Assembly (NCBI GenBank): GCA_963733295.1
Contig: CAVTCS010000003.1
Span: 2,176,001 to 2,240,000, forward strand
Direction: 5' to 3'
Source: Vulcanimicrobiota bacterium
GTDB lineage: Bacteria; Vulcanimicrobiota; Vulcanimicrobiia; Vulcanimicrobiales; Vulcanimicrobiaceae
DNA length: 64,000 nucleotides
Shown one piece after another: positions 10,324 through 20,474 of the stretch. The notes beneath the pieces are model-generated. The model ran no database searches. It was not told the origin of the DNA and worked only from the letters and a program-made list of their open reading frames with translations. Every line of letters starts with the position of its first letter. The first letter of the stretch is position 1. The position numbers were made by a program, and so were the translations under genes.

Positions 10324-12594
10324 TTACGCGCCTTGTGCGAAAAGGTCGGTCTGTTCGTCGCGTCCGAGACGGTTTGCGATCGTTTCGAGCTCACCGAGCC
10401 CAATATTGATACGGCGAGGTTTGGTTCCCTCGTGCGGACCGACGACCCCCGCGTCCTCGAGCTGCTTCATTAAACGAACGGCACGCGGGTGGCCGATCGA
10501 AAACTGCGACTGCAACTGCGCCGTCGAGGCGTAGCTCGTCTCGATGATGTACTTCGCGGCGGCATAGGCGAGCGGATCGAGGGTTCGTTTCTCGTCATCC
10601 TCGATCGGCGACACGTCGACGTCGAGCAGGTTGTCGGGCCGCGACTGCGCGGCCCAAAACGCGACCAGCCGCGCCACCTCGGCGCCGGTAATGAGGCCGC
10701 CCTGCGCCCGGACCGGCTTGGGTGCGTCGATCGGCAAGAACAGCATGTCGCCGCGACCGAGCAAACGCTCCGCACCGGCCATGTCGAGGATCGTGCGCGA
10801 GTCGACCTGCGAGCTGACCGCGAAAGCGATGCGCGACGGGATGTTCGCTTTGATGATTCCGGTGATCACGTCGACCGAAGGGCGCTGCGTGGCGACGATC
10901 AGATGAATGCCGGTGGCTCGCGCGAGCTGCGCGAGCCGGCAGATCGTCGTCTCGACTCTGGCCGGCGCGATCAGCATGAGGTCGGCCAGCTCGTCGATCA
11001 AGATCACGACGTACGGGAGCTTCTCGTCGGGGTACTTCGCGTTGTATTCCTCGATCTTGCGGACGCCCGCCTTGGCGAACCGCTCGTAGCGCGCGTCCAT
11101 CTCTTTGGTCATCTCGAAGAGCGCACCGGCGGCGAGCCGCGGATCGGTGATGACCTCTTTGATGAGGTGCGGGATGCCGTTGTACACGTTCAACTCGACC
11201 CGCTTGGGATCGATCATGAGCATCTGGACTTGCGCCGGCGTCGCCGAGACGAGCAGCGAGGCGATGATGCAATTGAGACAGACGCTCTTGCCGCTACCCG
11301 TCGCGCCCGCTACCAGTAAGTGCGGCATCTTACCGAGATCGCCGAATACGGGGCGCCCGGTGATGTCTTTGCCGAGCGCCATCGCAAGCGGCGGAACTTG
11401 TCCGCGGTGCGGCATCGCACCGAGGATCTCCGAGATCGCGACGATGGAGGTTTGCGCGTTGGGTACCTCGATGCCGACCGCCGACTTCCCCGGAATCGGT
11501 GCTTCGATGCGCACCGAGGTCGCGGCCAGCGCCAGCGCGAGATCGTCGGCCAGCGAGGAGATGCGCGAGATCTTGACGCCGCGATCCGGTTTCAGTTCGT
11601 AACGCGTGATCGCCGGGCCGCGCTCGATGTGCGTGACCTTCGCGCCGACACCGAACGATGCCAACGTGTCCTCCAGCAGCCCCGAGCGCTGGGTGTCGTC
11701 GACGAGTTGCGCTTGCGGTGGATCGAACAACGCCAGATCGGGCAGACGATAGGTGCGCCGGCCGGGATCGTTCGCAACGCTCGCCGCCGGCTCGTACTCA
11801 CCGACGACGGCGGGGTTCACCGCAAGCAACGGCGCTGCGCTTGAGATCGCTTCGCCTTCCGCGGGAGCGTCGTCGTCCGGTTCGTCGCCTTCCTCGTCGA
11901 AGTCGTCGAACTCGTCTTCGAAGTCTTCATCGTAGTCGTCGTCTTCTTCTCGCTCGATGTCACCGGCGCGCGGCACGGCGCGATCGTCGCTCGCGCCCGG
12001 CGTCAGCGCGTTTCCGGGACGCGCCGCCGGAAGCTGTAGCGCTTCGCGAACCGTGCGCGGACCGAACGCGCCGGCCGCCTTGTCGCGCGCGGCCGCAATC
12101 CGGCCGGCCCGCTCGCGCAAGCCGTTCGCCGCCAAGATGCCGCGGCCGATGGTGCGCTTGACCGAGACGTTCGTGATCCAGACGAAAACGAGGACGGCGA
12201 GCAGCGCCAGGACGATCGTTTCGCCGGTTCCGCCGAACAGCGCGCGCAGCGCCTGAGCGAGCGCGCTACCGATGATTCCGCCCTTCCTGTCCTCGGCCGC
12301 GTCGACGATGAGCAAATAGGCGAGAGAGGCCGCGCCGAGGGTCGCGATCATGCGCGGGACGTTGATCTCGAGAAAAACGATCGCGCCGAAGATCGCTACG
12401 ACGAGCGGGACGAGCCACGCGGCTTGACCGAAGAGCGCGACCGTCACGCTCGACGTCGCGGCGCCGATCCACCCCGAATGCTGCGGGGCGGCCAGTGCAA
12501 TGGCGAGCAAGACCGCCGCGCCGAAAGCGGCGATACCGGCGATCTCGAGATTCAACCGCTGCGTCGCACGAGCCTTACGGCGTCCGCGTGCCAT
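10324..12594 (-). CDS. ftsK: DNA translocase FtsK/SpoIIIE
   Basis: N-terminal TM helices, RIEAPIPGK, PHLLVAGATGSGKS, IDELADLM, ATQRPSVDVITG and a gamma domain. ATG 12594 (MARGRRK) chosen as start. Confidence 0.95.
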   Translation of the reverse strand: MARGRRKARATQRLNLEIAGIAAFGAAVLLAIALAAPQHSGWIGAATSSVTVALFGQAAWLVPLVVAIFGAIVFLEINVPRMIATLGAASLAYLLIVDAAEDRKGGIIGSALAQALRALFGGTGETIVLALLAVLVFVWITNVSVKRTIGRGILAANGLRERAGRIAAARDKAAGAFGPRTVREALQLPAARPGNALTPGASDDRAVPRAGDIEREEDDDYDEDFEDEFDDFDEEGDEPDDDAPAEGEAISSAAPLLAVNPAVVGEYEPAASVANDPGRRTYRLPDLALFDPPQAQLVDDTQRSGLLEDTLASFGVGAKVTHIERGPAITRYELKPDRGVKISRISSLADDLALALAATSVRIEAPIPGKSAVGIEVPNAQTSIVAISEILGAMPHRGQVPPLAMALGKDITGRPVFGDLGKMPHLLVAGATGSGKSVCLNCIIASLLVSATPAQVQMLMIDPKRVELNVYNGIPHLIKEVITDPRLAAGALFEMTKEMDARYERFAKAGVRKIEEYNAKYPDEKLPYVVILIDELADLMLIAPARVETTICRLAQLARATGIHLIVATQRPSVDVITGIIKANIPSRIAFAVSSQVDSRTILDMAGAERLLGRGDMLFLPIDAPKPVRAQGGLITGAEVARLVAFWAAQSRPDNLLDVDVSPIEDDEKRTLDPLAYAAAKYIIETSYASTAQLQSQFSIGHPRAVRLMKQLEDAGVVGPHEGTKPRRINIGLGELETIANRLGRDEQTDLFAQGA

Positions 12595-12654
12595 TCTTGC
12601 AGACGTTATCGAGCGCCGCGGCGTACACCTGTTCGCAAAGCCGGGGGAGGCACG

Positions 12655-13728
12655 ATGTCCACGCCAACGATCGTCGTTCTCGAAGGCGACCAAACCGGAC
12701 AAGAGCTGCTCGTCGAAGCGCTGCGCGTCATCGAGCCGGAGGTGATCGGCATGCCGCTGGAATTCGAGCGCTTCGACCTATCGCTCGAGCGGCGCCGCGA
12801 AACGCAAAACGCGGTCGTTCACGACGCGGCCGCCGCGCTCAGACGCACCGGCCTCGGTTTGAAAGCCGCCACGATCACGCCCGAGCAAAAGGGGGACGTC
12901 GGTTCGCCGAACGCCATCTTGCGACGCGAGATCGACGGAAAGGTCATCGTCCGAACCGGTCGACGCTTACCCGGCGTGCGTCCGGTCGCCGGAATCCACG
13001 CGCCGATTTCCATCGTGCGCATGGCCGTCGGCGATGCCTACGGTGCCAAAGAATGGCGCGAAGGCGACGCCGATGACGAGGTTGCCTTCCGCACCGAACG
13101 CATCGAGCGCAGCGTTTGCCGGGTCGTCGCCGAGTACGCCTTTTACCACGCCCGCAAAACGGGCTCGAAAGTCTTCGGCGGTCCCAAGTACACGGTCAGT
13201 CCGATTTACGAAGGCATGCTAAAGGAAGAGATGGACGCCGCGGCCGGCCGTTATCCGGACGTCGTCTACGAGCCGCAGCTGATCGACGCGACGTACGCCC
13301 TGTTGATCTCCTCCTCAGGCGAACCCATGGTAATCCCTTCGTTGAATCGCGACGGCGATTGCCTTTCGGATCTCGTCATGCAGCTCTTTGGTTCGGTCGC
13401 AGGCGCCGAAAGCGTGCTGCTCGCGTTCGACCGCTCGCTCACGCCAACGGTCGTGATGGCGGAAGCTCCTCACGGGACCGCACCGCGGCTCTTCGGGAAA
13501 AACGTCGCGAACCCGATGGCGATGATCCTCGCATGCGCCGCGCTGCTCTCGCACGTTGCGACGCCGGAGGCCGCCAAGGCCTCGCGCGCCATCTACGAAT
13601 CGGTGCTCGAGACGGTGCGCGCCGGCATCGCGACGAGCGACCTCGGGGGGTCGGCCTCAACCTCCGATTTCACCGAAGCGGTGATTGGCAAAGTGCAGTC
13701 GAAACTGGAGGTCTGGGCGACTCTGTAG
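12655..13728 (+). CDS. Isocitrate/isopropylmalate dehydrogenase family protein
   Basis: EGDQTGQE, GLKAATITP, SPNAILR, DGDCLSDL, EAPHGTAP and ANPMAM; GGAGG SD before ATG 12655. Confidence 0.88.
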   Translation: MSTPTIVVLEGDQTGQELLVEALRVIEPEVIGMPLEFERFDLSLERRRETQNAVVHDAAAALRRTGLGLKAATITPEQKGDVGSPNAILRREIDGKVIVRTGRRLPGVRPVAGIHAPISIVRMAVGDAYGAKEWREGDADDEVAFRTERIERSVCRVVAEYAFYHARKTGSKVFGGPKYTVSPIYEGMLKEEMDAAAGRYPDVVYEPQLIDATYALLISSSGEPMVIPSLNRDGDCLSDLVMQLFGSVAGAESVLLAFDRSLTPTVVMAEAPHGTAPRLFGKNVANPMAMILACAALLSHVATPEAAKASRAIYESVLETVRAGIATSDLGGSASTSDFTEAVIGKVQSKLEVWATL

Positions 13729-13745
13729 GAGTCGAGGGAGGCGCG

Positions 13746-14465
13746 ATGGGTGCCTGGTTAACAATCTCTGCGACGATCATTCTAGCGGTGAATGGTGCGC
13801 TCGCCCCTGTGCCCGCCCCCAGTTCGACGTCCTCCGCGACCGAGGCGAAACTCAGAGAGATCGGGGGCGTCCGGGTGACGACCGACATCTGCAAGCCGCT
13901 GCTCGTTTCTGCCGGAGCCGCCGTCGACTACATGCTCGACGATAACCTTAAGCTCGGGCAGGACATCGCGCGGATGCGAAACATCGACCTCGACTCGAGC
14001 ATGCTCGCCAAATCGCAAGGCGCGCAAGAGCTCATGAATCGCTTCGTCGCGTTGCGGCGCTCGGCGGTCGCAGGCAAGGCCGCGATGGACAAATTCCGCG
14101 CCGAGGCGAAGACAGTGCCCGACGAAAAGCAACGCGCGGCCCTGATCGCCTTCGCGAATGCAATCGAAGGCGCGCTGGAACGTCAGCGCAAGCTAGCCGA
14201 GGATATCTCGCACCTTGCGGTCTTCGTCGACAGCCACCCGCCGCTGGACGAGTGGGCCCTCGCCCAAGCCACAATCGACCTTCAAGCTCAGTCTAGTTAC
14301 CGGTACTCGCCGGTCGGAACGCTCGGTTATCCGTACAACATCCCGCAGACGCTGTCGCAGGTCTCGGCGGACAGCGCCGATCTGCTTCAAGACCGCGCCG
14401 AACCGATGTTCAACGACGAGAAGGACGCCGCAACGCGGCTCGAGCCGGCTTTTACCGGCTGCTAA
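13746..14465 (+). CDS. Hypothetical secreted helical protein
   Basis: GGAGG SD before ATG 13746; hydrophobic N-terminus, Pro/Ser linker and two Cys. Confidence 0.7.
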   Translation: MGAWLTISATIILAVNGALAPVPAPSSTSSATEAKLREIGGVRVTTDICKPLLVSAGAAVDYMLDDNLKLGQDIARMRNIDLDSSMLAKSQGAQELMNRFVALRRSAVAGKAAMDKFRAEAKTVPDEKQRAALIAFANAIEGALERQRKLAEDISHLAVFVDSHPPLDEWALAQATIDLQAQSSYRYSPVGTLGYPYNIPQTLSQVSADSADLLQDRAEPMFNDEKDAATRLEPAFTGC

Positions 14466-14479
14466 CGGAACCAGCACGC

Positions 14480-15310
14480 TCACCGCGCGATAAGCACGAC
14501 TCCGGTGACGGCGCATGCGACGCCGGCCCATTGCAGCGCGGCTAACCGTTCGCGCAGGAAGACGCGCGCGAGGAAAACCGTCGCGGCCGGATAGAGCGAG
14601 GTGATGACCGCCACGACCGCGAGCATTCCGTGGTGCGTCGCAACGATATAAAGAACGTTGGCGCCCATGTCGAGCGCACCGGCGCAGAGAATCACGGCGA
14701 GCGCCTCGCGCGGTACGCGCAGCGACTCATGACGGCCGCGCGCCCACAGTAACAAAAGCAGGACGGAGACGACGCGCGCGGGGGCGAGCGCCGCGACTCC
14801 GGAGTCGGGCGAACTGCGTGAGAGTGCGACGAGCATGAAGCCGATCCCAAAACCGCTGACGACCGCGAGCACGAGCCCCGGCTCCTCAAACGAAAGACGC
14901 AAGGTCTGCGGATCGGCCGAAACGAGCGCGACCGCGACGAAGGCCAAGCCGATTCCGGCCATCGCGGCGAGCGGCGGCCGCTCGCCGAGCGCGAGTCCCA
15001 GCGCGACGGGAACGCTCGCGCCGATGACCGCCGTCAACGGCGAGACCACGCCCATCCGCCCGATGGCGAGCGCCGCATAGAGCGCGGCGATACCAACCGC
15101 TCCGCCGACTCCGGCCAACGCTCCCCAGATGAGGTCCGAGCGGTGGAAGTGGCTCGGCACGATGGCGAGCGACGCGACGAACACGCCGACTCCGGCAAGT
15201 TGCGAGAGCACGACGACGACGCTCGCCGGCGCGCGGCGGCTCGCGATGCCGCCGAGGAAATCGGCCGACCCATACGTCAGCGCGGCCAATACCGCGAGGG
15301 TGACGGCCAT
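14480..15310 (-). CDS. EamA/DMT family transporter
   Basis: About 10 TM helices; YGSADFLGG, MGVVSPL and SLYPAATVFLA...LRERL. Confidence 0.88.
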   Translation of the reverse strand: MAVTLAVLAALTYGSADFLGGIASRRAPASVVVVLSQLAGVGVFVASLAIVPSHFHRSDLIWGALAGVGGAVGIAALYAALAIGRMGVVSPLTAVIGASVPVALGLALGERPPLAAMAGIGLAFVAVALVSADPQTLRLSFEEPGLVLAVVSGFGIGFMLVALSRSSPDSGVAALAPARVVSVLLLLLWARGRHESLRVPREALAVILCAGALDMGANVLYIVATHHGMLAVVAVITSLYPAATVFLARVFLRERLAALQWAGVACAVTGVVLIAR

Positions 15311-15313
15311 TCG

Positions 15314-16207
15314 CTAACTCTCGGTGGGATCGAGCGAGTCGCGTAGTCCGTCGCCGAGCAGGTTGAAACCAAGCACGAGGGCCGTTATCGAAAGACCCGG
15401 AAAAATGAGCGCCCAGGGAGCCGAGAGCCAGTAGTCGCGAGCGTCGCTGAGCATCGCGCCCCACTCGGGCGCAGGCGGGCGCGCTCCCAAGCCGAGGTAC
15501 GACAAGCCGGCCGCTTCGAGCTCGGCCGTCGCGATTCCGAGCGTCGCTTGCACGAGCAGCGGTGCGAAGATATTGGGCAAAATGTGGCGCCCCAAAATCA
15601 CGGCGCTCGAAGCACCCAGCGCGCGCGCCGCTTCGACGAACTCCGTCTCTTTGATCGCAAGGACCGAGGAACGCGCCAACCGCGCGTACTGCGGAATGTA
15701 GACCACGCCGACCGCAATCATCAGATTGGTGATGCTCGGGCCTAAAATCGTCGTGATCCCGATTGCCAGGATGATCGGCGGAAAAGCCAGCATGACGTCC
15801 ATCGCGCCCATCAAGACTTCGTCGACGCGGCCGCGGGCATAGCCGGCCAGCGCACCGATCGCGGTGCCGAGCGTAATTGCGAGTCCGACCGCGACGAAGC
15901 CGATGCGGATCGAGATCCGCGCGCCGTACAGAATGCGGCTGAAGACGTCGCGACCGAGCTTGTCGGTGCCGAGGGGATGTTGCAGGCTGGGAGGAGCCGT
16001 TTGCAGCGCCAAATTCTGCGCTAGCGGATCGGCGTGTGCCAGGAAGGGCGCCAAGAGCGCCGCGCTCGCGATCGCTCCGACCAGCAGCGCGCCCACGATC
16101 GCGCCCGGCGAGCGGAGCAGCTTGCGCCACACCACGAACAGGTTCGAACGACCCGGAGAGGCCGAATTCTCACCCGCGTCCAGTGGGATGGCCGGGACCG
16201 TCACCAC
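15314..16207 (-). CDS. Peptide/nickel ABC transporter permease (DppC/OppC/NikC type)
   Basis: HPLGTDKLGRDVFSRILYGARIS, EAA loop (EFVEAARALGAS), HILPN and PEWGAML. Confidence 0.92.
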   Translation of the reverse strand: MVTVPAIPLDAGENSASPGRSNLFVVWRKLLRSPGAIVGALLVGAIASAALLAPFLAHADPLAQNLALQTAPPSLQHPLGTDKLGRDVFSRILYGARISIRIGFVAVGLAITLGTAIGALAGYARGRVDEVLMGAMDVMLAFPPIILAIGITTILGPSITNLMIAVGVVYIPQYARLARSSVLAIKETEFVEAARALGASSAVILGRHILPNIFAPLLVQATLGIATAELEAAGLSYLGLGARPPAPEWGAMLSDARDYWLSAPWALIFPGLSITALVLGFNLLGDGLRDSLDPTES

Positions 16208-16293
16208 CGGCAGGTTCGACGGCCGCGCTCAGCGCACCCCAAAAGTTCTCCTTCCCCACGCGTAACGCCCAACCGCAAGTCGCCTTGCTCTCA

Positions 16294-16319
16294 GGAACAG
16301 ACGGGACCCTTTTTGCGTT
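16294..16319 (+). promoter_or_regulatory. Putative ECF sigma promoter GGAAC-N17-CGTT
   Basis: Motif lies in the intergenic region about 85 nt upstream of the lipoprotein start. Confidence 0.4.
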
Positions 16320-16402
16320 GGGACAAAACCGTCTATCGACGTCCGGGTCGCGTAGCGACGACCGTCAACCCGCACCACCGGCTCAAGCCGTAAGGAGTCT
16401 CG

Positions 16403-17569
16403 TTGCACACACCTTTCAAAGCGGTCGCCGCGACGGTTCTTCTCGGACTGGCAGTGGGTTGCAATAACGGAAGTTCCGGCACGACCACGGACACGAACGT
16501 CATAAATCTCGCCAATTCGAAACTCCAGCTCGCCGTCGGCACGGCGACCTTTCCCGACGGAAGCATCAACCTCAACGCGGTAGCGACCTTCCGGCAACCG
16601 AACGGCCTTGCACCCGTCTTGCTCGACACGCCGCTTTTGACGGGGCCCGCTGGTTTTGCCGTACCGTCGACAGCCGACGCCGGAACCGACGCCGGCACGA
16701 ACCATATCTCGGGTTCGCCACCGACGAAAACGGGCCAAACGCCCGTAGCATCGACCTTCGGCCAAGCCGGCGGCGTTTTCGCGTACGGCTTCGAGCCGAA
16801 CAACACGGCGGTCATCGCAGCCCCGAGCTACCTGGCGTACGGAGCGACCGGTGACGGTGCTCCCTTCTACGCCGCGCAGTTTACGACGTTCGCTGCGACG
16901 CCCGGGTGGCCGTTCCCCTGCGCGCAAGGCGACTGCGTGCCTTTCTTAGGCGGACCGCCGTTCTATCCGTACAGCGCGAACGGGACGTACCCCGTTGGTT
17001 TCAACGGATTCCCTGAAGGCTTCACGACCTTCGCGGTCAAGCCGGTTGCCGGTGCGTACACGCTGTCGGTCAACGTGCCCTCGGGTGGTTCGAGCGGAAC
17101 GACGATACGAGCGCCGGGCGCCAACCTCTCGTCGCTCGCGGGGCTCGGCCCGTTCCCGGTTCCGTCGTTTGCGGAAGACGGCGCCGGCGGAGGGACCGTT
17201 TCGATCAACGCTCCGGGCGGCGCCACCGAAACGATCGTCAACATCGTCGACATCACGACGCCGGCCTTCTATACGCTCGAGCTCCTGGCGGGCACGAGTA
17301 CCGAGGGACTGCCGAAGAATCTCGGCCCGGCGCCCGTCGGCACGACCGCGCCGAGCCTGAAAGCGGGCGACACCTATATCGTCACGGCAATCGGTTTCGA
17401 CTATCCGGCGTTCGAGGCGGCGCCGCCGGCGAACATCATGCAAACTCCGGCAATCGCCGGAACGAACGGACAAGCCGATCTAACGATCTCACCCTTCCTG
17501 GAACAAGTGTACGGCGGCGGCGCTCCGGCGCTTAACGCCGGCCGCGGCACTGCGCGCGCGGCACGCTAG
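16403..17569 (+). CDS. Gly/Pro/Thr-rich hypothetical lipoprotein
   Basis: AAGGAG SD and TTG start; lipobox LAVGC; beta-rich composition. Its stop shares CTAG with the convergent rnj stop. Confidence 0.8.
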   Translation: MHTPFKAVAATVLLGLAVGCNNGSSGTTTDTNVINLANSKLQLAVGTATFPDGSINLNAVATFRQPNGLAPVLLDTPLLTGPAGFAVPSTADAGTDAGTNHISGSPPTKTGQTPVASTFGQAGGVFAYGFEPNNTAVIAAPSYLAYGATGDGAPFYAAQFTTFAATPGWPFPCAQGDCVPFLGGPPFYPYSANGTYPVGFNGFPEGFTTFAVKPVAGAYTLSVNVPSGGSSGTTIRAPGANLSSLAGLGPFPVPSFAEDGAGGGTVSINAPGGATETIVNIVDITTPAFYTLELLAGTSTEGLPKNLGPAPVGTTAPSLKAGDTYIVTAIGFDYPAFEAAPPANIMQTPAIAGTNGQADLTISPFLEQVYGGGAPALNAGRGTARAAR

Positions 17570-19284
17570 ACTTCCATCACGACGGGAATAACGATCGGGC
17601 GCCGGCGCGTCTTGTTGAAGACGGCCTTTGAGAGGCCTTGCCGGATGTGTTCCTTGACCGTCGCGACGTCGCGAATGCCTTGCGCGGAGCAGCCGCTCAA
17701 GATCTCTCCGACCGTGCGCTCGAGTTCGCCCATCACCGCTTCGGACTCGGGCAAGTAAAACACGCCGCGTGAGATGAGGTCGGGGCCCGCGACGACGCGC
17801 GCTTCTTCGGCGTCGACGGTGACGACTACCATCATGATGCCGTCGGCCGAGAGATGCTTGCGGTCGCGCAGTACCGCTTCACCGACGTCGCCGATTCCGC
17901 TTCCGTCGACCATCACGTTACCGCCGTAGGTACGCCCGATCTTCTCGGCGCCCGCCGCCGTGAACTCGACGACGTCGCCGTTTTCGATCACGAAGCAGTC
18001 CTGGGGTTCGACGCCCGTCTTCTGCGCGAGGCCGGCGTGCGTGACCAGCATCCGGTATTCGCCGTGCACCGGAATGAAGTAGTGCGGATGCACGAGATTG
18101 AGCATCAACAGAAGTTCCTCTTGCGAGGCGTGACCCGACACGTGCGCCGTACCTTGCGCCGTTCCGTGGATGACGGTGGCGCCCAGCCGGTACAGGTTGT
18201 TGATGGTGCGCGAGACGCTCTTCTCGTTGCCCGGAATCGGCGTGGCGCTGATCAGCACGGTGTCGCCCGGCACGATCTTCAATTTCGGATGGTCGCGCAC
18301 CGCGAGGCGCGAGAGCGCCGACATCGGCTCGCCTTGCGAGCCTGTCGTGATGATCACGACTTCTTCGGGCGGATATTCGTCGACGCTCTCGATCCGGATC
18401 ACGCGCTCCTGCGGCAGGCGCAAGTAGCCGAGTTCGGTTGCGTAGTGAACGACGTTCTGGAGCGAGCGTCCGAGGAAAGCGATCCTCCGATCGAAACGCA
18501 CCGCCTGGTCGATGACCTGCTGGATGCGCGGCACGTTCGAGGCGAACGAGGTGACGATGACGCGGCCTTTGGCTCGCGCAAAAATGTTGCTGAAAGCGTC
18601 GCCGACGGCCCGTTCCGAGGGTGTATGCCCGGGGCGCTCGGCATTGGTCGAGTCGCTCAGCATGCACAGGACGCCGCGTTCGCCGATCGCGGCGATCGAC
18701 GCGAAATCGGCCGGCTTGCCGTCGATCGGCGTTTGGTCGAACTTGAAGTCGCCCGTGTGAAAAATCGTTCCGAGCGGCGTGCCGATGGCCAGCGCGCAAG
18801 CGCCCGCGACGCTGTGATTGATGTGCACGAACTTCGCGTCCAGAGTGTCGAACTCGACCGTATCGCCGGGCTGCACGGTGCGAAAGGTACGTTCGGGCAG
18901 CTTTTGGTCGCGCAGCTTCGCGCGAATGAGCGCGAGCGAGAGCGGCGTCCCGACCACCGGCACGTCGAACTCGCGCAACAAATAGGGAATGCCGCCGATG
19001 TGATCTTCGTGGCCATGCGTCACCAGCACCGCACGAAATTTGTCGACGCGTTCGCGGATGTACGAGAAGTCGTTGATGACGATGTCGACGCCGAACATCT
19101 CGTCGTCGGGGAACATCAGACCGCAATCGACCGCGACCAGATCCTGGGCCGTCTCGATGAGCGTCATGTTGCGCCCGATCTCGCCGCAGCCGCCGAGCGG
19201 AACGATGCGCAGGTACGGCTCGGCGGGCGGTTCGGGCAAGACGAGCGCGGTGCCGGCCGGAGCTTGGCCGTTCTGGTTCAGCAA
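17566..19284 (-). CDS. rnj: Ribonuclease J
   Basis: PLGGCGEIGRN, THGHEDHIG, HTGDFK, SDSTNA, TGSQGEP and HVSGHA. Start estimated at TTG 19284. Confidence 0.95.
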   Translation of the reverse strand: MLNQNGQAPAGTALVLPEPPAEPYLRIVPLGGCGEIGRNMTLIETAQDLVAVDCGLMFPDDEMFGVDIVINDFSYIRERVDKFRAVLVTHGHEDHIGGIPYLLREFDVPVVGTPLSLALIRAKLRDQKLPERTFRTVQPGDTVEFDTLDAKFVHINHSVAGACALAIGTPLGTIFHTGDFKFDQTPIDGKPADFASIAAIGERGVLCMLSDSTNAERPGHTPSERAVGDAFSNIFARAKGRVIVTSFASNVPRIQQVIDQAVRFDRRIAFLGRSLQNVVHYATELGYLRLPQERVIRIESVDEYPPEEVVIITTGSQGEPMSALSRLAVRDHPKLKIVPGDTVLISATPIPGNEKSVSRTINNLYRLGATVIHGTAQGTAHVSGHASQEELLLMLNLVHPHYFIPVHGEYRMLVTHAGLAQKTGVEPQDCFVIENGDVVEFTAAGAEKIGRTYGGNVMVDGSGIGDVGEAVLRDRKHLSADGIMMVVVTVDAEEARVVAGPDLISRGVFYLPESEAVMGELERTVGEILSGCSAQGIRDVATVKEHIRQGLSKAVFNKTRRRPIVIPVVMEV

Positions 19285-19348
19285 GAAGTGTCTTTCCCGG
19301 CTTGCGCCGCAGCGGGCACGGCGTGATAGCTCGGGGGAGGCCCGACCG

Positions 19349-19597
19349 ATGCTACTCACCGCTTTCGCGATCTACGCCTTGTCCGCTCCTTCGACGCCGA
19401 AGCCGCCTTCGCCCCGACCCGTAGTCCGGCACTCACCACTGCCCGCCCATGCGTCCGATCTCTATTCGCTGCGGGCGCGCCGGCGTTTCGCCTCGTATCT
19501 GCGCTTGCGGCTGCTCGAACTTCGCGAAGCGGGCCTCGAGCGAGCGGCGCGAGCAGTCGAGCGCCGTCTCTCAATCGACGATCTGCTCCGGCGATAA
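19349..19597 (+). CDS. Small basic hypothetical protein (82 aa)
   Basis: GGAGG SD 8 nt before ATG 19349; fills the gap divergent from rnj; no recognised motif. Confidence 0.45.
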   Translation: MLLTAFAIYALSAPSTPKPPSPRPVVRHSPLPAHASDLYSLRARRRFASYLRLRLLELREAGLERAARAVERRLSIDDLLRR

Positions 19598-19646
19598 CTT
19601 TTCGGCGCGACGGGGGTCGCGACGCGCGTCGCCAAAATGGGACGCA

Positions 19647-20369
19647 GTGAATCTACCGGCCGACGAAGCGGCGCAACCCCGAGCACCCCGCGCGGGATTC
19701 GCGCTGCCGCGCGACATCCTCATCGCGCCGTCACGCGCCTTCGCCGCAATCAAGGCACGGCCGGAATGGTTGCCGGCCGCGTTCGTCGTGCTGGTCCTTT
19801 CGGTTATCGGCACGATCCTGATCGCGCCGGCGCTCGCGCACGTGACCAACTCGGCCGTTGCCGCATCGCGCGCGGCCGGCGACAACGTACCGGTGGGGAC
19901 CGTCGACAGCGCGATCAAGCAAGAACTTGCGCTCGTGCTCTTCGGCCAGACGGTGGAACAACTCGCGGTCTGGGGCCTGACCGCGATGGTTCTGACGACC
20001 GCGGCGCGGCTGCGCGGGCAGGCGACGTCGTTCTTGACGTACTTCGCGCTGGCGGTGAACTGCGGGATCCCGACCGCAGTCGGTTTCGCGTTGCAAGGCT
20101 CGATCATACGTCTGCACGCCCCGGCCAGCTACGCCAACTTGAACCAGCTCAACACGGCCTTTCCGCTGACGCTCGCCGTGCTCGACCCGCACGGCTCGCC
20201 GAACCAAGTCGCGTTCCTCTCGCAATTCGACGTGTTCTTTCTCTGGACGGGGTTGCTCGTCGCGTACGGCTACATGGCAATCTCGGCCGAGAAGCCGGTA
20301 CGCGCGCTCTTCCTCGCGTTCGGCGTGCAGTTCGCCCTCGTTCTACTGACCGCCGCGGTTCAGCAGTGA
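19647..20369 (+). CDS. Yip1 family membrane protein (YknW-like), copy 1
   Basis: DILIAPSRAFAAIKARPEW start typical of Yip1 and about 5 TM helices; GTG 19647 estimated as start. Confidence 0.78.
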   Translation: MNLPADEAAQPRAPRAGFALPRDILIAPSRAFAAIKARPEWLPAAFVVLVLSVIGTILIAPALAHVTNSAVAASRAAGDNVPVGTVDSAIKQELALVLFGQTVEQLAVWGLTAMVLTTAARLRGQATSFLTYFALAVNCGIPTAVGFALQGSIIRLHAPASYANLNQLNTAFPLTLAVLDPHGSPNQVAFLSQFDVFFLWTGLLVAYGYMAISAEKPVRALFLAFGVQFALVLLTAAVQQ

Positions 20370-20426
20370 CCCTACAGGTCCGGCGAGCAGGCTGACGGGC
20401 TTCGCGCGCGCGAGGCGAATGGATGT

Positions 20427-20452
20427 CGAAACATCGACAGTCCTGCCGCGTA
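20427..20452 (+). promoter_or_regulatory. Putative ECF sigma promoter CGAAAC-N16-CGTA
   Basis: One mismatch from the B. subtilis sigmaW consensus TGAAAC-N16-CGTA; 22 nt upstream of the second yip1 start. Confidence 0.5.
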
Positions 20453-20474
20453 GAGTCAAGCGGAAAGGATCGCA

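Noticed and set aside
11870..11955. Asp/Glu-rich low-complexity tract
   Set aside because: It is part of the variable FtsK linker and is ordinary.
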